In this document: positions 7,809-14,631 of the stretch, in pieces
Numbering within the stretch: the stretch's first letter is position 1
Layout of the letters: every line of letters starts with the position of its first letter
Source of the DNA: a virus
IMG/VR virus record: IMGVR_UViG_3300045988_098498
Length of the DNA: 42,659 nucleotides
Reading direction: 5' to 3' (one strand)
Program-made: the position numbers and the translations under genes
Notes under the pieces: model-generated
The model's database searches: none
Told to the model about the DNA's origin: nothing
What the model saw: the letters and a program-made list of their open reading frames with translations, nothing else

Positions 7809-8721
7809 GATTATTATCGGAATCGTGGCAGCAGTAGCAGTTCTTGGCGGAGGATACACTGTATCAAGAATGGATTTTATCGGCACAGGTAAAGTTGGTA
7901 TCGTCTACAACTACAAAGATGGAGTACAGGACACAGTACTCACCCCGGGGATGCATTTTATCGCACCGATGAACAAAGTAAAGGAATTCAGTACCAGCAA
8001 TGAAATCCTCGTTCTCACAAAGGACAAGAGGGATGGCAGTAAAGAGGATGATTCCTTTAAAGTGGCCACATCAGACGATGCCAGTATTGCAGTATCTTTC
8101 CAGATGAGTTACCGATACGATCCGGACACGGTGATTGATACATATAAGCGTTTCAAAGGAATGGACGGAGAGGATATCATCGAAAACCGTGTGAAAACTG
8201 TCTTGAAATCAAAGATTTCCGAAATTACGACAGATTATTCTATGATGGATATCTATTCCGGAAACAGATCCGAACTGAACAATGCCATCACGGAATATCT
8301 TAACAAGGATTTTCACAAAAAGTATGGCATTGAAGTTCTGGATGCTTCCATCGTGGATGTGCATCCGGATAAAAAGCTAAAACAGGCCATTGATAATCGT
8401 GTTACCGCCCTGCAGGAAAAACAGCAGGCGCAGGCAGAGCAGGAAAAAGTAAAAGTCCAGAAGGAGACAGAAAAGCTTCAAGCAGAAGCGGACGCCCAGA
8501 TTGAGTTGACCAAGGCCGAAGCAGATGCAAAGAAAGCCAAGGTCAAGGCAGCAGCAGAAGCTGAGAACACAAAGATTAAAGCAAAAGCACAGGCAGAGGC
8601 GAATAACGAACTCAGTGCATCCATTACGGACGAGCTGATCAAGATGAAGGAGGCAGAAGCTCGTTATAAAAATGGCTGGGTTACAGTACAGGGAGCTGAT
8701 GCCGTGATAGCAGATAAATAA
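7798..8721 (+). CDS. SPFH/Band-7 (prohibitin/HflC-like) domain membrane protein
   Basis: An N-terminal TM segment is followed by an SPFH-like core (GKVGIVYNY..GV...VLTPGMHFIAP...) and a long Ala/Lys/Glu/Gln coiled-coil tail, which is the typical SPFH architecture. Confidence 0.7.
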   Translation: MKSKIIIGIVAAVAVLGGGYTVSRMDFIGTGKVGIVYNYKDGVQDTVLTPGMHFIAPMNKVKEFSTSNEILVLTKDKRDGSKEDDSFKVATSDDASIAVSFQMSYRYDPDTVIDTYKRFKGMDGEDIIENRVKTVLKSKISEITTDYSMMDIYSGNRSELNNAITEYLNKDFHKKYGIEVLDASIVDVHPDKKLKQAIDNRVTALQEKQQAQAEQEKVKVQKETEKLQAEADAQIELTKAEADAKKAKVKAAAEAENTKIKAKAQAEANNELSASITDELIKMKEAEARYKNGWVTVQGADAVIADK

Positions 8722-8733
8722 AAATACAGAGAA

Positions 8734-8759
8734 AGCCGGGAGCATACACGTTCCCGGCT
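8734..8759 (+). terminator. Hairpin downstream of the SPFH gene (possible terminator)
   Basis: AGCCGGGA (8734-8741) pairs with TCCCGGCT (8752-8759). There is no clear T-run after it. Confidence 0.35.
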
Positions 8760-8785
8760 AAAAGCATCAGAAGGGGAGGGTACCG

Positions 8786-9211
8786 TTGGAAACAGAAATC
8801 CAGAAAGAAAACGAAGAAAAGAAGGAATACCTGAGATCTTACCGAAGGGCAGTAAAAAGAGAAAAAGATATCCTTGACGAGATCCAGCGACTGAGGTCAG
8901 ACAAGATGTTTCCTTCCGTGGCCAATGACGGGATGCCAAAAGGCAGCAACCAGTCCGATCTGTCAGACTACATAGCTATTCTGGATGAGCAGATCGAGCT
9001 CCTGAAGGTAGAACGCCTGGAAAAAGCCAGATGTTATCAGAAAATCGAGAAACAGATCAAACAGATGGAAAACGAAGATGAACAGGAAGTGCTGAGATTG
9101 CGGTATATAACAGGTTTGAAGTGGGAGGAAGTAGCTGCACGAATGAGCTATAGCTGGAAACATATACATAGAATTCATTCATCAGCTCTTTGCAATTTCA
9201 AGATGACATAG
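8786..9211 (+). CDS. Sigma-70 region-4-like phage late transcriptional activator (DUF1492/ArpU/RinA-like position)
   Basis: TTG start follows GGGGAGGG. C-terminal EQEVLRLRYITGLKWEEVAARMSYSWKHIHRIHSSAL is a sigma region-4-type HTH. The position just upstream of terS is typical of late activators. Confidence 0.6.
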   Translation: METEIQKENEEKKEYLRSYRRAVKREKDILDEIQRLRSDKMFPSVANDGMPKGSNQSDLSDYIAILDEQIELLKVERLEKARCYQKIEKQIKQMENEDEQEVLRLRYITGLKWEEVAARMSYSWKHIHRIHSSALCNFKMT

Positions 9212-9287
9212 AATGACACACTTTATATGTGATATTATTACAATGGATTTCAGAAAAAGCAGATGGAATCCTCCTTTCAAGAATTTA

Positions 9288-9313
9288 GCTGCCAACCCAC
9301 GGGCAGCAGTTTT
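9288..9313 (+). terminator. Weak hairpin plus T-run between the late activator and the tRNA
   Basis: GCTGCC (9288-9293) pairs with GGCAGC (9302-9307) and is followed by AGTTTT. Confidence 0.3.
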
Positions 9314-9388
9314 GGAACGTAGCTCAGTGGGAGGTAGAGCAGCTGGTTTATATTCAGTATGTCGATGGTTCGAACCCATCCGTTCCAA
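9313..9388 (+). tRNA. tRNA-Ile, anticodon UAU (reads AUA); CCA not encoded
   Basis: Manual cloverleaf. Acceptor TGGAACG/CGTTCCA (7 bp). D-stem GCTC/GAGC. Anticodon stem GCTGG/TCAGT (two G-U pairs). Loop TTTATAT with TAT at 9349-9351. 5-nt variable loop. T-arm GATGG-TTCGAAC-CCATC. Discriminator A. Confidence 0.8.
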
Positions 9389-9439
9389 TTTCTCTATTGT
9401 AGAGAAATTCCTAACATCATACATTTTTTGTAAAACGTC

Positions 9440-9468
9440 TTGTAGAAATACGGGGCGTTTTATAGTAT
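9440..9468 (+). promoter_or_regulatory. Candidate promoter for the orphan gene
   Basis: TTGTAG (9440-9445), 17-nt spacer, TAGTAT (9463-9468). Moderate match to the sigma-70 consensus. Confidence 0.3.
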
Positions 9469-9499
9469 CATAAAGAAAATGTATGTGGGAGGAATAACG

Positions 9500-10699
9500 A
9501 TGATTCAGATATTAACTTTTAATAGAAACGTAGAGACTTTAAAAGGACCAAATGTCGTAATAAATAGAATACATGACGCACAATCTTTAGATGATTTTGA
9601 GATTAATATCATAAATTTGAATGATGAAAATATGTGGAAGAGACAAGGACGTACAATAAGTCTAATTGATTCCATTAACGATTTTAAAAGCTTATCAAAA
9701 ATGATTAATAATTGCAAGAAAACGAAAATCGTTATTTTATTTCCACAGAATCTGACGTATAGATATAATTATGCAGTGCACGATTATTATTCATACATAG
9801 AATTAAAAGATATAATTCCTGAACTATTGAATAATATTGGAGAAATATATTCGGAATTATCAACGACGAAACTAGTATATGAAAACACTATTTCAATTAT
9901 TGGAAAAGAAAAAATTAAAGCGAGCTTTTTCTTTGTGACAGAAAATAATGGATTAGTTACATCAAGTAGTGGGAAAAATGTAGCTTATAAATTGGGAAAA
10001 GTTTATATAAGCACATTGGACTTACGAAATTATATACAAGTTATACATTTTTTGGAAAAAATTGAACTTATTATTAATAAGACTGAAATTCCTTCATGGA
10101 TGGAGGAGGTACAAATGTTTGATGATATTCAACAGCTGGACTTAATACGAGAAAACAGAGAAAAGATACAGATGGCAGAGCAAGAAATTGATAAAGCAAA
10201 AAAAGTAATGGATCAGAATAACAGGTATAAATCCATTTTATATACGACCGGTGATGAGTTGGTAGAAGTTGTTCTTGAAATCTTAGGCCAGTTACTTGAT
10301 TATGACTTTTCTCAGTTTGAGGATAAGAAGAATGAAGACTTTTTAGCTGAAATCGGAAATGATGTATTTATTGGAGAAATCAAGGGAGTGAACCATAATG
10401 TTAAGTCTGAAAATATATCACAGTTAGATGTTCACTATCAGGGATATTTGGATAACAATGATATACAACCAGAAAACGTACATGCATTATTGATTATGAA
10501 CCATCAGAAGAATAAACCAGTTGCAGACAGAGAGCCTGTACATGAGCGGCAGGTTAATTTGGCAATCAGAAATGAAAGTTTAATTATTGACACTTATATG
10601 TTGCTAAAACTGTTTGAAAAATTCAAACGAAATGAAATTGACCAGGAAGAATGCCGGAATATTTTAAAGAATAATATCGGAATCTTAAAAACAATTTAA
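9500..10699 (+). CDS. Orphan low-GC protein (399 aa); C-terminal region resembles a PD-(D/E)xK nuclease
   Basis: ATG 9500 lies 6 nt after GGGAGGA. GC is much lower than the flanks. Central coiled coil. The C-terminal motif EDFLAEIGNDVFIGEIKG fits D...(D/E)xK. I recognised no named family. Confidence 0.7.
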   Translation: MIQILTFNRNVETLKGPNVVINRIHDAQSLDDFEINIINLNDENMWKRQGRTISLIDSINDFKSLSKMINNCKKTKIVILFPQNLTYRYNYAVHDYYSYIELKDIIPELLNNIGEIYSELSTTKLVYENTISIIGKEKIKASFFFVTENNGLVTSSSGKNVAYKLGKVYISTLDLRNYIQVIHFLEKIELIINKTEIPSWMEEVQMFDDIQQLDLIRENREKIQMAEQEIDKAKKVMDQNNRYKSILYTTGDELVEVVLEILGQLLDYDFSQFEDKKNEDFLAEIGNDVFIGEIKGVNHNVKSENISQLDVHYQGYLDNNDIQPENVHALLIMNHQKNKPVADREPVHERQVNLAIRNESLIIDTYMLLKLFEKFKRNEIDQEECRNILKNNIGILKTI

Positions 10700-10713
10700 A
10701 GACAGTGTATATA

Positions 10714-10740
10714 TAGCAGTCCTGCGGGGCTGCTTTTCTA
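10714..10740 (+). terminator. Intrinsic terminator of the orphan gene
   Basis: GCAGTCC (10716-10722), loop TGCG, GGGCTGC (10727-10733), then TTTT. Confidence 0.65.
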
Positions 10741-10920
10741 ATGCAATTTTTCCTACAGCGTGCACGGCACCAGCATATACATACTTTACGCGTGGATTTA
10801 CACTGTATGTAAGTGTTAGCGCACCTCCTTTCGGCGTGGCAGCAATCGGCTGTCACTATGGTGCCGGTAGGACTGTAATTTACAAATATCAAAAACGAAA
10901 CGAATGAGAGGTGGTGAGGC

Positions 10921-11694
10921 TTGCCAAGAGCACCAGATCAGAGAGTAGAAGAGGCCAGAAAGCTATATGCTTCTGGAGCGAAATTAATTGAAGTTTCTCA
11001 GAAGCTCGGAATCCCGGTAGGGACAATTCGAAGCTGGAAAAATAGATATAAATGGGATAATGCAACGTTGCAAAAGAATAAACGCAACGTTGCGAAAAAG
11101 AAGGGCGGACAGCCCGGAAATAAAAATGCGGAGGGACATGGAGGAACCGGCCCGCCGGGAAATAAGAATGCAGTTAGGACAGGAGAGTTTGAAACTCTCT
11201 TTTTTGATGCCCTGGAACCTGAAGAAAGAACGTTGGCAGAGATGATCAGGCCAGACAAAGAACAGCTGCTTCTCAGAGAAATCCAGCTTCTTGCAGTCAG
11301 GGAACGCCGGATGCTGAAAAGAATCCAGTCTCTTCGTGAACTGGAAGCACAGACAGGATCTGAAGAAGATTCGGTACCATGCGGAATGTCTGTAACAGAA
11401 TATACTTCCGGTATTGAAAAAGGAAAACAAACAGAACTTCGAAAGTACGAAGGCATCCTTGGCCAGATCCAGGCCATAGAGGATGCTCTGACCAGAGTGC
11501 AGGCCCGGCAGCAGAAAGCTATCGAGATGCTGCATAAGTTTGGTTATGACGATGCAAAGCTGGAACTTGCAACCATGCAGCTTGAATTTGAGATGCTGAA
11601 GCAGGATAACCAGGCAGAAGAGATCACAGATGATGGTTTCCTGGAGGCAATGAATGCAACAGCGCAAGATGTCTGGGGTGATGAGAATGTATGA
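10921..11694 (+). CDS. terS: Terminase small subunit
   Basis: TTG start follows GAGAGGTGGTGAGG. N-terminal HTH (IEVSQKLGIPVGTIRSWKNRYKW) and the repeated GGQPGNKNA / GPPGNKNA motif are typical of this TerS family. It lies directly upstream of TerL. Confidence 0.8.
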   Translation: MPRAPDQRVEEARKLYASGAKLIEVSQKLGIPVGTIRSWKNRYKWDNATLQKNKRNVAKKKGGQPGNKNAEGHGGTGPPGNKNAVRTGEFETLFFDALEPEERTLAEMIRPDKEQLLLREIQLLAVRERRMLKRIQSLRELEAQTGSEEDSVPCGMSVTEYTSGIEKGKQTELRKYEGILGQIQAIEDALTRVQARQQKAIEMLHKFGYDDAKLELATMQLEFEMLKQDNQAEEITDDGFLEAMNATAQDVWGDENV

Positions 11695-13315
11695 AAAACT
11701 CAAAACTCTGAAAGATAAGCTGCAGAAAATGAAATCCAACAGAACCAATAGACAGACAGGCCAGACGTTTCATTTTTCTCCGTTCTCAAGAAAACAGAAA
11801 CAGGTCCTGACCTGGTGGTGCAAAGAATCCCCGGTTCATAATATGGACGGAGTTATTGCCGATGGAGCAATCCGATCAGGAAAAACAATCAGCATGTCTT
11901 TATCATTCGTTATGTGGGCCATGAGTACATTCACTGGCCAGAACTTTGCCATGTGCGGAAAGACCATAGGATCCTTCCGGAGAAATGTTCTGTTCTGGTT
12001 GAAACTGATGCTTCGATCAAGAGGATATTCCATCACGGATCACAGGGCAGACAACCTTCTAACCATCCGAAAAGACGGAAAAGAAAACTACTTCTACATA
12101 TTCGGCGGCAAGGATGAAAGATCTCAGGATCTGATCCAGGGAATCACGCTGGCAGGAGTGTTCTTTGACGAAGTTGCCCTGATGCCGGAATCCTTTGTGA
12201 ACCAGGCAACAGGCCGATGCTCTGTGAAAGGTTCAAAATTCTGGTTTAACTGTAATCCGGATGGCCCGTATCACTGGTTCAAACAGAACTGGATAGATAA
12301 ATCCATCGGATATCTGGGAAAAGAAGAAACAGAGCGTATCAGGCAGCAGGCGGCCGCGGAGGGGAAAGATCCCGGTCTGAAAGATATTCTGTATCTCCAC
12401 TTCACTATGGACGATAACTTGTCCCTGGATGAAGAGATCAAAGCCAGATACAGGAGTATGTACGTTGGAGTATTCTTTAAACGTTACATTATGGGACTGT
12501 GGGCGGCAGCAGAGGGAATCATCTACGACATGTTTGATGAGGACAAACATGTCCAGGATATCAAAGATTTCTATCAGTTGTTGATCAACGGGAACCGGTA
12601 TGTTTCCTGTGATTATGGTACACAAAACGCCACAGTATTCCTACTGTGGAACAAAGGAACCAACGGAAAATGGTACTGCATCCGGGAGTATTACTATTCC
12701 GGAAGAGACAAAGGTAAACAGAAAACAGATTCTGAATATGCAGATGACCTGAAAGAGTGGCTGGATGGAACCAGGATCAAAGCAATCATCGTGGATCCGT
12801 CGGCCGCTTCTTTTATTGCAGAACTCCGGAAGCGGGGATACAAGGTTCTGAAAGCCGACAATGACGTTCTGGATGGAATCCGGCTGGTTGGAATGCTTCT
12901 GAACCTGCAGAAGATTGTCTTTGCTTCTTCCTGTAAAGAAACCATAAAAGAATTTGCTTCTTACATCTGGGATGAGAAAGCTCTGGAGAGAGGAGAAGAC
13001 AAACCGGTGAAACAGTGGGACCATTGTCTCACCGGAGATACATTGATAGATACGGTAAAAGGAAAGATTCCAATAGAAAAATTAGTTGGAAAGAAGGGAA
13101 AGGTGTACTGCTATGATGTAAAACGAAGAAAGAAGGCAATATCTACATTTTACAATGTACGAAAGACAAGAAAAAATGCAGATATTTATAAACTTACGTT
13201 GGAAGATGGGAACAGTATAAAAATGACAGCAGATCATCTTGTGTATACGCAAAGAGGTTGGGTTGCGTTAAAGCATCTTAAAGCAACGGATAAGATTTTG
13301 AAAGTTACTGCTTGA
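11681..13315 (+). CDS. terL: Terminase large subunit N-extein (ATPase and most of the nuclease) fused to the N-terminal half of a split intein
   Basis: Walker A GAIRSGKT and Walker B VFFDEV. After ...KQWDH the sequence switches to CLTGDTLIDT...TADH (Hint blocks A and B) and stops at 13313-13315. The start may be ATG 11681 or 11687 (the track gives 11654). Confidence 0.85.
   Translation: MRMYEKLKTLKDKLQKMKSNRTNRQTGQTFHFSPFSRKQKQVLTWWCKESPVHNMDGVIADGAIRSGKTISMSLSFVMWAMSTFTGQNFAMCGKTIGSFRRNVLFWLKLMLRSRGYSITDHRADNLLTIRKDGKENYFYIFGGKDERSQDLIQGITLAGVFFDEVALMPESFVNQATGRCSVKGSKFWFNCNPDGPYHWFKQNWIDKSIGYLGKEETERIRQQAAAEGKDPGLKDILYLHFTMDDNLSLDEEIKARYRSMYVGVFFKRYIMGLWAAAEGIIYDMFDEDKHVQDIKDFYQLLINGNRYVSCDYGTQNATVFLLWNKGTNGKWYCIREYYYSGRDKGKQKTDSEYADDLKEWLDGTRIKAIIVDPSAASFIAELRKRGYKVLKADNDVLDGIRLVGMLLNLQKIVFASSCKETIKEFASYIWDEKALERGEDKPVKQWDHCLTGDTLIDTVKGKIPIEKLVGKKGKVYCYDVKRRKKAISTFYNVRKTRKNADIYKLTLEDGNSIKMTADHLVYTQRGWVALKHLKATDKILKVTA
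13025..13312 (+). other. Intein N-terminal splicing half (IntN, 96 aa)
   Basis: Cys1 codon at 13025-13027. CLTGDTLI is block A and MTADH is block B (TxxH). The 96-aa length is close to natural split-intein N halves. Confidence 0.75.
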
Positions 13316-13353
13316 CTTGTTGCATGTAACATGCTAATATTGTTACATGCAAC
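13312..13353 (+). promoter_or_regulatory. Near-consensus promoter overlapped by a 12-bp inverted-repeat operator
   Basis: TTGACT (13312-13317), 17 nt, TAATAT (13335-13340). GTTGCATGTAAC (13319-13330) and GTTACATGCAAC (13342-13353) bracket the -10 box. Confidence 0.55.
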
Positions 13354-13368
13354 GAGGAGGTGGGATAA

Positions 13369-13542
13369 GTAGAAGCGAAAAGCAGAGCTGAGTATTTCAA
13401 AGAGCGCAGAGAAAAATTTAAAGCGTTTCATGTTGAGGTAGAAAAAGAGAAAATGATGCGTTTTGAAGAAAAACTTAAAGAAAAGAACACTACAAAAAAA
13501 GAATGGCTTGATGAAAAAATCAGCGAAGAATTAAAAAAATAA
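13369..13542 (+). pseudogene. Small charged helical ORF (RHH/regulator-like) with no canonical start codon
   Basis: Open frame (V)EAKSRAEYFKERREKFKAFHVEVEKEKMMRFEEKLKEKNTTKKEWLDEKISEELKK. GAGGAGGTG (13354-13362) is followed at good spacing by GTA, not ATG, GTG or TTG. The first in-frame ATG is at 13453. Confidence 0.3.
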
Positions 13543-13576
13543 GGAATTCCGCCCCGACCAAAGATTGGAATTCCTT
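13541..13576 (+). other. 10-bp perfect hairpin after the small ORF
   Basis: AAGGAATTCC (13541-13550) pairs with GGAATTCCTT (13567-13576) across a 16-nt loop. No T-run. Confidence 0.35.
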
Positions 13577-13729
13577 ATAGCATGTAGAAGTTTCCTTCTG
13601 TAAATATTATAATGCAGATGGAAGCTTCTTTCAAGAACCAAAATTTGAAAGGAGTTTTTATTATGCCTGTAAAAAATGTAATTAAAAAAAACGAAAGATA
13701 TGATAGGGAAAATTGATCCGCATTATGAT

Positions 13730-13876
13730 ATGACAAATTCAAACATGACAGAATTGTATAGTGCCTATTCAAAGTATCCGTATGAATTAATGTGTTGTAG
13801 TTTTAAATTTGGTTACCTTCAGGGAATGAAAGCTGCAAAAGCTGAAATGAAACGGAGGGAAAAAGCAAATGCCTGA
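13730..13876 (+). CDS. Hypothetical small protein (48 aa), translationally coupled to the HNH gene
   Basis: MTNSNMTELYSAYSKYPYELMCCSFKFGYLQGMKAAKAEMKRREKANA. Its stop overlaps the HNH start (ATGCCTGA at 13869-13876). Confidence 0.4.
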   Translation: MTNSNMTELYSAYSKYPYELMCCSFKFGYLQGMKAAKAEMKRREKANA

Positions 13877-14486
13877 AAAATTTCAATTCTTTGATGGAAA
13901 AAGATTTACACGTGATGATAAAACTGGATATTATTTATGTGCCACAGCGGACGAGGGAAAGAGAAAACGGATGCATGTGTATGTTTGGGAATATTTCAAT
14001 GGTCCAGTTCCCAAAGGATATCACATTCATCACATAGATGGCGATAAAAGTAATAATAATATCAAAAACCTTAAACTGTTATTGGCTACGGAGCATGAGA
14101 AACTACATGGTTCAATGTGGACAGATGAGCAGAGAAATCGGGCACGAAAAAATATAGAAAAAGCATCTATCAAAGCGAAGGAGTGGCACAGTAGTAAAGC
14201 TGGCCATGAATGGCACAAAATGCATTACGAAAAAATGAAAGAGAAACTACATCAAGTACACAAATTCAACTGCCTTATGTGCGGAAAAGAATTTCAATCA
14301 CCACAGACTGAATCAAAATTTTGCTGTAATAATTGTAAGAGTGCATATAGAAGAAAAATAGGCGTTGATAATATTACGAAAATTTGTAGTTTCTGCGGAG
14401 GTGAATATACTGCAAATAAATACAATAAAACAAAATTCTGTCCAATTTGTAGGAATAAAAAGTATAGAAAAAATAGGCAAAGCTGA
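13869..14486 (+). CDS. Free-standing HNH homing endonuclease with C-terminal CxxC zinc fingers
   Basis: GYHIHHIDGDKSNNNIKNLKLLLATEHEKLH is a classic HNH motif. Four CxxC pairs follow. It lies between the two intein halves, in a different reading frame from both. Confidence 0.85.
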   Translation: MPEKFQFFDGKRFTRDDKTGYYLCATADEGKRKRMHVYVWEYFNGPVPKGYHIHHIDGDKSNNNIKNLKLLLATEHEKLHGSMWTDEQRNRARKNIEKASIKAKEWHSSKAGHEWHKMHYEKMKEKLHQVHKFNCLMCGKEFQSPQTESKFCCNNCKSAYRRKIGVDNITKICSFCGGEYTANKYNKTKFCPICRNKKYRKNRQS

Positions 14487-14631
14487 CGTTTACAATATGG
14501 AAGTTAAGAACCACCACAACTTTAGTGTTTGTGGTGGTTTTATTGTGCATAATTGTCTTGACGCTACACGCTACCTATGCAGCACCATAATCGGCAGAAA
14601 AGCAGCACGTTTCCGAGAGATAAGGAGGTGA
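14401..14631 (+). CDS. terL: Intein C-terminal half (IntC) fused to the 25-aa TerL C-extein; start codon uncertain
   Basis: ...GKADVYNMEVKNHHNFSVCGGFIVHN (blocks F and G, terminal HN at 14548-14553) is followed by CLDATRYLCSTII..., the conserved TerL nuclease DH-x-LDA-x-RY motif. In-frame start candidates are only GTG 14401 and TTG 14365. Confidence 0.7.
   Translation: MNILQINTIKQNSVQFVGIKSIEKIGKADVYNMEVKNHHNFSVCGGFIVHNCLDATRYLCSTIIGRKAARFREIRR

Noticed and set aside
9182-9473. 80-aa (minus) and 86-aa (plus) ORFs
   Set aside because: Both run through the tRNA gene and its flanking hairpins. Neither has an SD.
10984-11748. 254-aa minus-strand ORF
   Set aside because: It is antisense to terS, whose product carries clear TerS motifs, and has no ribosome-binding site.
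13575-13772. 65-aa minus-strand ORF inside the intein-gap cassette
   Set aside because: It has no SD, lies in an AT-rich region that generates random ORFs, and runs opposite to the surrounding coupled genes.
13869-14486. HNH protein as the packaging-associated HNH that assists cos terminases
   Set aside because: It is possible in principle. However, its location exactly between matching intein halves, and its low GC content relative to the flanking terminase sequence, favour a homing endonuclease.
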